A stretch of DNA of 64,000 nt, taken from positions 14,882,001 through 14,946,000 of the forward strand of contig CM052817.1 in the NCBI GenBank assembly GCA_028534125.1, read 5' to 3'. Shown piece after piece: positions 36,701 through 48,920 of the stretch (its first letter is position 1; each line of letters begins with the position of its first letter). The notes below the pieces were generated by a model. It worked only from the letters and a program-made list of their open reading frames with translations, was not told the DNA's origin and searched no databases. This DNA comes from Lama glama. Taxonomy: Eukaryota. Both the position numbers and the translations under genes were made by a program.

Positions 36701-39517
36701 TCACAACAACAACAACAACGCTATTAATAACAGTAAAAGTAATAGTAACGATGAGGGCGATGATGCTGTTCTTTCTCCTGGCTGGATTCTCTCCCGCTCT
36801 GTACTGATAGGATCATGTGCTCCTTTTACTGGGAGTGATCACTTCTTCTTTGGACTGCAAATTAGAATTTACTCCCTTCTTGCTCATTCTTGGCCAGTTC
36901 TACCGGCAGCTGCTGGGAGAGTTGCTGTTCAACTACCCCTTCTACCACTGCAAGGATCACAAGTGCGGGAGGTCAACACGTGGTTTTGTTAAATCAACAT
37001 GGCCTGGGACTTAAAAACTGAGGTCACCCTGTTGCTTTGTGATTTTGAGAATCTCTGAACTTTTGGGCTACCCTGGCCTTGAAAGTCTACAGAGCTGTTG
37101 GAAGTCATTGACACTCAGCAGGACTGAGGATTGAGCATGAATTGTATTTCTAAAAAAAAAAAAATCTATCTCTGTGATTTATTATAAAACATCACTATGT
37201 ATCTTTTTCCAGTGATTTTCAAAACACATAGTCTGTGTACGTATCTTTGTTTTCAGACACCCTCTCTGGAGGAGCCCAGAGAAATAGTTAGCCGACTCCA
37301 CCCTTTCCCCATCCCTCCCAGGCCCACGCCCCACCCCCACACAGAAATGGAGGTATTTTGACTTCGTCAAAGGCACTGGCCAGAAAGGGCAGGACAGGGG
37401 CACTGGGCCTCCTAACATACTGATCATTCACTTGCATATTTCACCAGATCCGTAGCTTTTCCTTCTTCCTGTCTTTGTCCAAGTCCCTTCCACCTCCATG
37501 CTGGCCACTCCCCTTGCTATGGTTTTTAAGACAAGTTTAATGTAATCTTTTTAATATCAGAGTTGACTGTGTGGTGCCTTGAGCCTTTTGAAGGAAAGGA
37601 AAGCACAATATAAATCTAATAAATAAATAACAAACAAGTGATATAAGCAGGGGGAAAATTATGTGCTTCAGGTGAGTTGTAAAGAACATTGTAAACCCTG
37701 TAAAAATGAATTTGTTAGTCGAAGAGACAGGGAAGAAAATGCAGATAATCATCATTCGTACAGAAGGGAGTCAGTCTCCTGCAGTATTTTCAAGTACAGA
37801 AACAGTCCCATGGTTTTTAACCCTTTGTGGAGCTGACTGTGCCGGTGCTTTTGGCTGGAGGGAACATGAGGCACAAAACAGCAGGAAGCTCAGTGGTATT
37901 TTGTTTACATCCTTGGTAGGCCACGGAGGGACTATAAAAATAACATTTAGGACCTGATTCTACAGCTCTTAGGAGCTTATAACTCCCAGTGATTTCAGGG
38001 AAGGCTCTTAAGGGGTAGACATGCTCTGCAAAATCTCACGAATCCTAAGCAAAGTCTGAACTACTCTGCTAACACCTCCTGTTGGGATCTGAGTTTGTGG
38101 TTCTTAAGGAAGCAAAAGTCTCAGTTTTATGAATGCCATTATCAACCCTTGACACTGCACTGTATATCAATGTAATGTTTGGGCTTTGATTTAACGTTGA
38201 CTTCGTTTTTATGTTGGTAGATATTGGGCTGGCCTCAAACTTTGACCATCTGTTTGCTTTGGTGTGGCAAAGATGAAATCCTATAGTTGAGAAACTTGGG
38301 GTTATTTTTGTACTACACAAATGGGAACATAAACAAGGCAGCTGAATTCGTTGGTTTTAGGCCCAGTTTGTAGTGATTCTATTCAGGCTGTTTCTTCTCT
38401 GGTACCTTTTAAAAACTCAACTGGTCCATACAAACCTGAGCTAGAGGCACATTTTATCCACCTGCTGTAGGTGTCAGCACAGGCCCCATATTTCTCTAGA
38501 CTACTTCCTGTTTGCTTTCTCCATTCAATTGATTTTAGCTGTGTACCTTGTTTCTACTAAACCCCTTGGAGTAAACATCCCAGTTTGAGACTTGATCTCT
38601 TGGCTACCCTTGGTAATTTTCTAGAATGAGACTCATCAGATAGGTCTGCCCTTTGTGAGGACCACCTAAGGAAGGAGTGGGAACAGACTTAAAAGCATAG
38701 TCATTTAGTTCTTGATGTGTAAGGACAAAGGAAGAAGAGAGGTGGGCATTTATCCATGAAATTTCTCATAGCTTAAAAGCTGAGATGACAGAAACTGCCC
38801 TCATTTCTTTCCCCCAGTTAAACATTTGAGCTCCACAAAACCTCTATAGTTGTCCCCTATTTTGATTGTCCTGTGAAATTATGTAGGCATCATCAAACAA
38901 GTGCGGGCTTTGGCAGGGATGATATTCAGATATTCATTGGCTGATACGCTGACCAGTCAGATGCTGGCAGTGAACAGTGGGTTAGGCTAGACTGGCACCT
39001 GCATTGCCTATTGAGAGTGGTTGCCAGTTATAAGCACCTGACATGGGACAGACTAGCATCAGCATCTTCATTGACCATTAGGAGTAGAGGAGCTCTAACC
39101 AACTGATTTGACTAGCGTGGCACCCACATTGACCAGTCAGAATGGGTGCCAGCTATAGTCAGGCCTTAGGGCCACCCTTCCATGTACTGACTGAATTTCA
39201 GCTTTGGGGTTACGAGTGGGACACATCTGGAATATATCACACTCTACTTGTGAACTACTGGAGAGTCAATCACTTAACTTCTTCAAGCTTTAGATGTCTC
39301 ACCTGCAAAATTCCTAATGCTCATCTCTTTTTTTGAAATTTCGTTGGATAAGTATTGGAGGATTTTTTTTTTTTTTACATTTTGTGCTTATTTGAATCTG
39401 TGTTGATTTCCTCCACTTTCTCTTCCAGATTACTCACCTGAACATTAGTTTTGTTCATTCTATTTTTCATCCCCACTATTGAATATTTAATTATGGCAAT
39501 CATATTTTAAAGTTTTA

Positions 39518-39610
39518 GTTTGGACTTTTTAAAATGAAGGTACTGGGGACTGAACCCAGGACCTCGTGCATGCTAAGCATACACTCTACCTCTGAGCTAT
39601 ACCTTCCCCC
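39518..39610 (-). mobile_element. tRNA-Ala-derived SINE, short form
   Basis: Antisense head; near-TSD attttaaagtttta / atttttaagtttta. Confidence 0.88.
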
Positions 39611-40069
39611 AATTTTTAAGTTTTAAGAATGCATTCTTAATTCTTTAATTGCTTAAGTTCCAGGAAGTCATGTTTTGTTTTTTTAAAAAAATTGTTTTTT
39701 TCCTTTCTTGTATCACTTTGAAATCTTTGGGTTAGTTGCTTATTTGGGTTTTTATCTTTCATGCTATTTGTTTTTGTCAAAAGGATGGTGATCCTTGAAT
39801 ACACATTTATGTTTCTGAATGAAAGAATATGTTGATATTAGTAACAGCTAGGCTTCCTTTGAAAGTTAAGTCGTTTTATGAACTGAAACATCGCTGACTC
39901 TGTAAGCAGCAGGATTCTGTGTAAGCAGGTGGGACACGTTGACTGTCCGTCTTCTCCTAGAGGACCGTGTGTGTGAGAGAAGAGAGCCAGGATTTGGGGA
40001 ACCTCAACAACTGCCAGATAATGAGGACTTTTTAAAAAGTGTTTTTGCTTGCTTTTAAAAAATATTTTT

Positions 40070-40517
40070 ATTATGTCTTTCTTTTTCTTCAGTTTGAAAT
40101 ATAATTGATATACAGCACGTATGAATTTAATGTGCAGCATAATGACTTAAATTGTCAAATGATTACCACAGTAAGATTAATTAACATCCATTATCTCCTT
40201 TAGATATTAAAAAAAAGATAAAAAATAAAAGCTTTTTACTTGTGATGCAAATTTTTAGGATCTACTCTCTTAGCAACTTTCAAATATAGCACACAACAGT
40301 GTTCACTGTAGTCATCATGTTGTATGTGACATCCTCAGCATTTATTTGTCTTACAACTGGAAGTTGTACTTTCTGACCACTTTCATCCAATTCCCCTTCC
40401 CCCACCTCCTAGCTCTGGAAGGCACAAATCTGATGTCTTTTTCTGTAAGTTTGGCTTTTTCTGTTCTCTTAGATTCCACATGTAAATGAGACCATACGGT
40501 ATTTGACTTTCTCTGAC
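40070..40517 (-). mobile_element. L1MA9-like 3' fragment
   Basis: 'atctactctcttagcaactttcaaata..tagattccacatgtaaatgagaccatacggtatttg'. Confidence 0.9.
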
Positions 40518-42559
40518 CATTTGCTTTTGACTTTTGTTTCCCATCCCTGCTCCCTTTCAAGTCCGTGTTTGTTCTAGAGCTTGTTCCACTTTTCTTGACT
40601 GTCTCTGTACCCTTGAGAGGAATCCTTTCCTGTCAGCTCTCTCACTTTTGTTAAGCATTTCTCGGGGCTTCCACATGGAGTGAAGGCAGCACCAACAGCT
40701 CTGCTTCTGGTGGACGGGAGCCAGCTAGGCCAGCAGTGTGCCGGATAATCCTTTAATTAATTACTGCTGATTGCTCTGAGGCTGCGCCACTCTCTGCAGT
40801 GGTGACCCGCAGATTCTCCAGGGTAACCCCTCTTCATCCTACTAGCCGTCTTCAGAGCGTGAATTTATGCTGCAGTTCTTTGCTTTAGTTTCTCAGACAA
40901 TTCAGTCCTATTTTCTTTCTGTTGGCCAGAAATACTTTAGTCAATGTGGTATTCTTTGGGGGCTTTTTTTTTTTTTTGGTTTTGTTTTGTTTTCAGCTCT
41001 GTTGTGAATCCTTTCTTTAAAAAATGTACTATCATTTCAATGGGGTTGTGAGAGGGAGAGAAAATAACTATGTACTCTCCACTCCCCATCCTGAACTGGA
41101 AGTCCTTATTAACATGTATTTATATAACAAAAGTGCTTTATAAACCATGTGGTATTATTCAAAATTAACAAATGAATTCCCTCCTCTTCTTCTTGCCCTT
41201 TTCATCCTCCTCATTATCACTAACACATCCAGCTTCTGGAAATTTTCTTGTCCTATGCTTTTTAGAAAAAGGATGAGATAACATGGAACTGAGAATTTCA
41301 GACAATGAAACAAGAGAGTGAAATATTCAGACAGTGTGAGGACAGTCAAAGTGGAAGAAGGATGCTATGACCAAGAAAGGCTGTATGTCGAGATGCCTGC
41401 CTCTGGGGTCAGCTACTCTAAGCCATTTACATGTTTCATCATTTCTTACCTCCCTTTATTCTGAACACACAGATTCTCCATGTACCAAATTTCACAGTAC
41501 CTCAGTCAGATTCATGGGCAGTGCTGAAAGGTACCTGTTGCCATAGCAGTTGCACATGTGGGTTATTTATTGATAACAGTCTGCCTGCCTGTGTATTCTT
41601 TTCTATCAGCAAAGTTCTAGATGCAGAATAGATGCCTATCACATATTTTTAGGAAAAAAAGCTTTATTTGTACTACAACAGTACTACAGAATAACTGTAG
41701 AACATTTAAAAGATAAAAACAAGCCAAAAAAAAATAATCAACCAGAGAGATATTTTCAAATTTTGAGAATGCACCTCTGTCTTTTTCTATACATTCACAG
41801 ACTTTCATGGTATGACACACTGTTGTTCACCCTAATAGGAACGTTCTGGAAAAGGTTTTGGTTTCTGTAAGACGCAAATATCCTCATAAACTATAACACA
41901 TCTGTCTCTTATCTCATTTTCTGGTGCCCTTTCTCCCTTTTCTATTTCTGTACACATGGATGTTACACAGAAAGCTAAATGTGAGTCAATATATTCAACT
42001 TTGAAAGACAAAAGAAAATTTGCTGCATCTCAAATTTTGTTTGGAGCAGGGTGCTATGAACTGTCCTGCACTTCCATACATAAATTAATTTGTCACCACC
42101 AAATTCATCAGTTAAGGTAGGACATATATTTACTTGGATGAGTATGTGCCAGTGTTGTACTGAAAAAAAAAAAAGAGGTGTTATTTGTACTGTTCCTTCC
42201 TGGGCCTGCCCATCTGGTAGGAGTTGCTTTCCAGGTAAGTTCACTGAAGCACAAGCTTAAGGGATTCTTTAAAAATTATCAGGTCATCACACAGTACCCA
42301 AGACAGAAATATGGAGCTCATGCTTGCCCCTTCCTCTTACTCTCTCCTTCAGTTGACCGATTGCTTTTCATTCTGTCTCTGCTAAACCTCTTGGTCCCAC
42401 CTCTTTCCTCTGTTACTACTCCCTTTCCCTGGCTTGGGAACTCACCATCTCTTGTGTTCTTAAACTCCCCTTCCCTCCCTTCACTCTCCTCTGGTCTCCC
42501 CTGTCCTTTGCTTCTAGCATGGTCTTTTAGAATTCTGACCACTTGATTTTATTTCTTGA

Positions 42560-42780
42560 GAGACAGCATGAGCTCTGAAATCAGACAGACTACGTTTGAA
42601 CCCTGACTCCACCACTTACCAGTTGTGTGATCTTGGGAGGCATCTAAGCTTTGCATGCCTCATTGTCTCATTTGTAAAATGGAAACAGTAAAGTTGCCTC
42701 TCCTGGGGTTGTTGTAAATATTAAATGTGTTTAGGAACATCAGATTTTCTGTATGTGTTCAATAAATTTTTACAATTATT
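42560..42780 (+). mobile_element. MIR SINE
   Basis: 'gctctgaaatcagacagac..ccaccacttaccagttgtgtgatcttggg..tgtaaaatgg'. Confidence 0.85.
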
Positions 42781-45189
42781 TAAACTTTTCAAAAATTGTC
42801 TTTCTACAGAATAATTTCAAAATGTATTACATGGTATAAAAAAACTTTGTAATTTTACATCCCCAGTTTCATCTCTTGTTTCTTCTTCATTTGCGTCTTA
42901 TTCTTTGACCAAAAATGAAACACAGGTCATTCTCTAAATGTGCCATGACCTTCATGTACCGTTGCACGCACTGTTCCCTCTGCTTGAGTGCATAGCTGAC
43001 TTTTGGCATGAGCAAAGACCAGCAGAGGACAAAGATCCAGGCTTCCTAACTTCCAGGCTGCATCTTTTTTTCCTGCAGCACACTACACTGCCTCTTTCAT
43101 CTTCATCCTTCATGTTACTGTTCTGAGTGCTTTTTATGAACTGGGTAGAGATAGTAAGGGGCTGGGAGTGAGGAGTGGCAAAGGAAATCCCCCCAAAAAG
43201 TTTTTAGTGTATGTGAACAATTTATTTTGATATCAACTATTTGGAACAACATGGACAATATGTCCTTTGACCTGGGGACATTTAGATATAACTCCATGCT
43301 TTTAAAGACGTCTAACGTTATGAGAGGTATTGGTAGGAATACTGCGGCTAAGTGTTGGTATTTGGGATGGCCCGGGATCAGCTGGGGCCCCCTTGTTTTC
43401 CTTCTACTGTGCTGTGCGGGCCTCTGCCTTGAGGTGCCCTAAACAGGCTGAGCATTTCTGTATTGGCTTTGGATCTTTCTCAAGGTGCCTGTCCTTCCTT
43501 TCATTAGTGTGAATAATCAGAGTTTGATTGTAAAGTATGCCCGGGCCAAATACAAGGGCTTTTAAAATTGTCTGCTGTTTTAGATTATCCAGGCCACTGA
43601 TCCCCCTTCCTTAGCATGGATAATTGAGAGTGGACCGGGCTGAAGAGTGTTAAGCAGAACCAATTGACAGAATAAATGAGATTTTAAAAAATCCTTTACA
43701 TTTTAATAATAGAAAAAAAGACAAGCTAGATTTTCTTCTTTTTTTTAAACTAAAAGAGCCTATTTTATATTTTGAAACTGTAAATTCATTTGGTTTTAAG
43801 TTGATTCAAATTAGAAAAGTATTTCCTATGATGCACCCGTTTAAAACCTATTTAAACTGTATACTAATCATTTGTATACTAAGTATGTACTGAATGGAGT
43901 TAGGGGAAACACGGAAAATACAGACAAGAAGTTGGACTGTTTCAGATTCAATGTCAAATCCTCTTATTACCATGTTTATATTTCAACTAGATAGTGAGGA
44001 GAGGGGTGGGAGTTACTTCAAATTCTGAAAATTTCTCTCTTGAAAGAGGAGGCTATAATTCTTTGTCCCTAATGAGCAATAACCACATGGAGAAGGGCTA
44101 CTCTTGACTGTTTGTGTAAGATGAACAGGATTCTGATTTCTGGAAATGCCTGATCTCAGTCTCCTCTCATTTCCATCCTTTCATCTTTCCTCATGCGTCC
44201 CTGAATGCAGGGAGAAATGAATTTACATGTCACCTGACTGGGAATTTAGAGGACATGCTCTCAAAGGAACAATGTTGTAAATAGGGGTTGGTGTCACTGA
44301 ATGCCCTTCAGGTGTGTAATGAGATAGATTTTTGGGGGTTGGCCTGGGAATAATATAAGAGGCAATGGTGAGTGTCTGGGCAGGTGACTCGTAAACATGG
44401 TTTTTGAAACATTACCCATTTTTATATTGGGAATTGCCAAGCTAAGGCTTAAAGTCTCCCACAACACCCATGAATAATCATTTAAATACAGGCCCTGAGA
44501 CTTGGGGAAAAAATGCATTATTTACTCTAAAGACAATACTCTTCCTTTGGAGTCACTGTAGTCCGTCATACAGGAGCACACTGGGTGATCTTCGAAAGAG
44601 CAGTATTTTCTCTTGGTGGTCCATGCTTTCATAGATCCTATGAATTATTATCCAGGTCGAGCTGGCAGGTTCAGGTTAGGGATGCCCATCAGCCACTCTG
44701 CTCCAGCGCGTGGGAGACCAAGGCTCTTTCACAGGGTGAAATAATACACAGTGGATTTGGCCACTGCTTATTGTGTTTGTGTGAAGAGTAAGATGTGGGG
44801 ATGGAGGCGATGAGGTCTCTAGTGTGTCCTCTGGTTCCTCGTAGCACCAAGAAATTGGCAAAGTAGGCAAGCCATAATTTCTGGTTACCCAGCTGATTTG
44901 ACGAAAGGAGAACAGAGGAGTTCTCAGCATAGAAACTGTACAGACATTCTCCAGAGTCACCCCGGTGAACTCTCTGTGGTTCAGAGAGAGACTGGATACA
45001 ACTATACTAAAACTATAGTTTAGCTGGCTTGCTGTTTGAGGGTGGTTTTTCTCCTGGTTGATGAGAATTATGCAAGAAGATTCAGAAAAGGCCTGTTTCC
45101 AGGTTGTACTTGGAGGCCTGGGTTCCCTGGCATGAATTAGTAATTCAATTGAATGGATATTTACTTGAATTACTACTATGTAGTTCATC

Positions 45190-47060
45190 CCAATTGGATA
45201 TTTATTTACTGTGGGTACTAGAGTCTGGAGGTATAAAAGGTAAATGAAACCATCATTTTAATCCAGCATTCTAGTGAGGGAGAGGGGCAGACACATGGCT
45301 GCGATATGATGTGACAACTTTAACCATAGAACAAACAAAATAGTTTTGGAGCAAAGGAGGGGGCGGGAGATACAAGAATAAAGTTGGGGAGGATTGTATG
45401 GGCATCTAAATCAGGCTTTTAAGGGAAAGTTTGTTTTCCTGGGAAAGACCCAAGGAGGGGCATATTAGCAGAGAAAACCTTTTGAATCAAGGCACACAGT
45501 ATGAATGCTTATGTTATGTTTGGGTAATATTATAGTCACCTCTAGTAAAGTAGGTAAATGGTTTTGAATTCTCATACTTTAGAATCTATTCGAATCACCT
45601 GGAGTTCTTGTTAAAAATATAGATTTCTGGGGTCTCGTACCAGGTTAGGTAATAATGGTATTTACAGATGGGACCCAGGAATTTACATTTATTTTTTTTA
45701 AGTGCTCTGTATGATTGTGTTGTATTTGGCCCATGCTTTGAGAAAGCATGCTACAGGATATGATTTCTGATGGTAGGGTGAATGGCAGGACCTGAAGCTA
45801 GGGAGGTAGGATAGGTCCATGTCATGATCCAGATAAGGTACCAGGTTGAGGAGTTGGTACTGGGATCATGAGTGATAGGTTCTTGGTAGCCATAAAATAT
45901 TCTGCAGCACAGGGAGTATATGTGATCAAGTCTGCATATTAGGAGAGTTTTGACAGCAGTGCGGAGGATGCCCTTGAAGGAAGGAGGCAGGGAAGCAAAG
46001 GGACAGCTTGCTAGTCTATTGCAGTCGATGAGGCAGATGATGACGAAGGCCTGAATTTGGGTGGCAGGGACAGAAAGGAGAAAAAAGCAGAAAGAGACAT
46101 CATGGAGGGAGACCCTAAAGGATATGTTCATGAATGCAATGTAGGACGGGAAGGAAATAGGAGGAAGACAAAGGGGACTTGTGATAATAGTTTACGTAAC
46201 TTTCTGGCTGCTGTTGCTGTGAATAGAAATAAAATACACAGGAGAGGGAGCAGGTTTGGAGTTTGTTTGATAGAAATCTAATTGGTTCAGTTTGGGTTTG
46301 AGAATCATTTAGGGTATTTAAATGGAAATGCCGGGAAGTGACTGGAGATGCATATCTCCATTTTGCGTTGGATTTCCCAGTAGTCAGCAATGTAGAGCTG
46401 ATGGTTCAGGTGATAAAGGAGAGAATGCTTGAAATAGGGCTGTAGACGGAGACGAAAGGGGACGAAGTGGCAAAGTCAGGATTAAGTGCTGTCAAAGAAT
46501 TCAAAAGATTCGGAAGAGCCCACAAGGAACTGACATTCTTCCAGAATATGAGAATGACCAGAACAAACTTTAGGAATCTTCTAGTCCAGTGGTTTTAAAA
46601 CATTTTTAAATGTAGCAGAGCTCGGTTTTCAAAGAAACTCTAACTCAGAGCTTTAGTAAAACAGGTACAGATGGAGCTTCTCTGGTTGAAGGGAAGGGTG
46701 GGGAGAACCTGTGTCCATCCACCCAGTGTTCCCCTCATTACTGCTGCTTTCTCGCATGCCAACTCCTGACTCCTCTCCAGGGAACATGGTTTTTAAAACA
46801 TCGGTGAACGTTCCTTATTTTGTAGAAGCTGGAGGATGACCAACACGGTCAATGTCTTGAGTGACAGAGGGGGAACATGATAGGATAAGGTCCACAAGAA
46901 AGAAAGCAACAAAAGGCAACATGGAACTCAGAGCCAGTCGAGTGATGCCAACAATACGTGGTTTCAAGGTCGAGGGGTATGGTTAATACTCTGAGTTGTA
47001 ACATTCAGGGAAGGAGTTGTGGAAGTGGTAGATTTTGAGAGGCTAAGAAAATATTAAGGG
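45190..47060 (-). mobile_element. Long L2 relic with nested DNA transposon fragments
   Basis: L2-type antisense sequence ('ctattgcagtcgatgaggcagatgatgacgaaggcctgaa', 'ggttcagtttgggtttgag') interrupted at about 45556 and 46570. Confidence 0.72.
45556..45752. mobile_element. MER5A-like hAT MITE
   Basis: 'gaatcacctggagttcttgttaaaaatatagatttctggg..gggacccaggaatttacatt..ctttgagaa'. Confidence 0.8.
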
Positions 47061-47984
47061 ATTCAGTTCCTTGCCCATTTAAGAGTCAGAGCTAAAGGTT
47101 CGTGCTGGTTTAGAGAAAGTTAGAAAGTGGGTCTTTCCAGTTTTTACAAAATTGAGGCACTCGTCATATATGTTGCATCACAATTATTGCTCAGACGCCA
47201 TCCAGATTCCAGTAGAAGCAGAATTTTAATGATGAGACAAGCTGAAGAGTCAGTGAAGGGCAACAGTAACTTTCCTTTCATGCTGGAGGGTCTTTGGAAG
47301 GGACAACCTATTTGGGAGTGATGTCTTGATAACTTGTCTTAAAGTTCTATTTGCAAGGCAGGTGTGCTTTTCTTATTAGGATGCATATTTATGTAAGAAG
47401 ACTCTTTTGGGAGGTTGCTGACAGAAGACACCTTTATACTGCCAACTGGCATACAGTAGAAACTATTTGTAGCAACTACAATCATTCTTTTACATGGAAA
47501 CTCCAGAATACTCTCTATTCAGGGAGTTGTTTTAAGACATTAGCAGAAATCTGCCAAGACTGAAGAGTGACCCAGTGATTCCTGGGGGACCTTGAAGAGA
47601 GTCAATTAGTTTATGAGCCAGAGGAACCTCAGAGTACTCTAAATGGCTTGTGCTGCCATTGGAAAGTTCTGTTCTGGAATTAGCAAGCTGCTACAATTTC
47701 CAAGCTGGTATCTTTTCTTAGAAAGACACTTATGGGATATAAATCCTTTTAAGTGCATTTTATTATACCAATTGTTTTGTTTAGAAAAAGCTGATTAGTT
47801 TTCAGAAAGTTCAAGTAAGAATACAGCTTCTTACAAAAAGTCTTAACTTATTACATTTATTATTTTGTGTATAATTATAACTATGTAATAACTATCCAGA
47901 AAAATTGTGCTGTGAAATATTAATACAGAGAAGTGATAGAATGTAGGAGTCACTGGCACCAGTGCTTCTACACTTCACTGGCTT

Positions 47985-48185
47985 AGGAAAAACAAGAGTT
48001 CAAATTTGACTTTCACATGTCATGTGGTCTTGTTTTTGTTACTTAACCTTTTAAAGACTTACTTCCCTCAGGTGAGCAATATCTATTTTTTGGAGGTTAT
48101 TGGGAGTAGTACATGAAGTAGTTTAGGCAATCTCTTAGCACAGGGCCTAATATTTTTTAAAAGAACTCAGTAAATGTTAGTCCTT
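47985..48185 (+). mobile_element. MIR SINE
   Basis: 'gagttcaaattt..ttacttaacct..cttagcacagggcct..ctcagtaaatgttag'. Confidence 0.65.
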
Positions 48186-48213
48186 ATCATCGTTATCTTC
48201 ACTACTGTCATAA

Positions 48214-48271
48214 CTACCACCATCATCATCACCAGCATCACCACCACAACCATCACCATCACCATCATCAT
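48214..48271. repeat. (CAT/CAC)n trinucleotide repeat
   Basis: caccaccatcatcatcaccagcatcaccaccacaaccatc... Confidence 0.9.
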
Positions 48272-48284
48272 TGCAATCAGGTGA

Positions 48285-48740
48285 TGTGTTAGTCTGGGTC
48301 CTCCAAGAAGCAGATGCCAGGATGTGATTAAATATGCAAGAAATTTATTAGGGGGAAATGCCCAAGAGAGAAACTGAAGTGGGAGCTGGGAGAGGCTGGG
48401 ATGCAGGTCTGATGAGTAAAGGAGTGAGGGAAGGAAGAAGGGAAGTTAGAGTGAAGCATTTAGACTTAAGTGCGGTTCAAAGAATGTTCACAAAGGTCTT
48501 TGGGGAGTCCTCGATCCAAAGTCGCCTGTCAGAAGAGTCCTACCTCTTCCTGGTCCAGGCTTGTAACACTATCCTTGCCACATTCATTAGTGACTGGGAT
48601 CAGCCTGGCGAAGTGTGCCTCACAGCCAAATCCTGCACACACAATGGAATTCAGGGCTCAGCAGCTGGGGCCCTCAGTCAATTACACTCCCTGAGATTGG
48701 GGGTTTGCAAAGTATGTTCTTATGGTGGTCACAGTTGTGA
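48285..48740 (-). mobile_element. ERVL LTR (LTR16-group-like)
   Basis: 'tgtgttagtctgggtcctccaagaagcagatgccagg..tgcaagaaatttattaggg'. Confidence 0.72.
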
Positions 48741-48827
48741 ATAATTTATAAATCTTCCAAATTTTTGATATTTTATTAATTTTTTTGTATGTCAATCATT
48801 TATTTTATTTTTTGAACAACAATATAA

Positions 48828-48920
48828 TATTTTTTATTGATTTATAATCATTTTATGATGTTGTGTCAAATTCCAGTATAGAGCACAATTTTTCAGTTAT
48901 ACATGAACATATATATTTTT
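48828..48920 (-). mobile_element. Short young L1 3' terminus
   Basis: 'tttttttattgatttataatcattttatgatgttgtgtcaaattccagt..cagttatacat'. Confidence 0.75.

Noticed and set aside
38915..39170. Repeated 'tgaccagtcaga' motif
   Set aside because: Most likely internal repeats of an ancient hAT-type relic; family could not be named with confidence
37665..42240. Perfect donor motifs CAG|GTGAGT (37672) and CAG|GTAAGT (42235)
   Set aside because: No convincing upstream acceptor or open exon; isolated matches are expected by chance
44676..45188. 170-aa ORF, the longest in the window
   Set aside because: No recognisable domain or convincing splice structure; length plausible by chance in 64 kb
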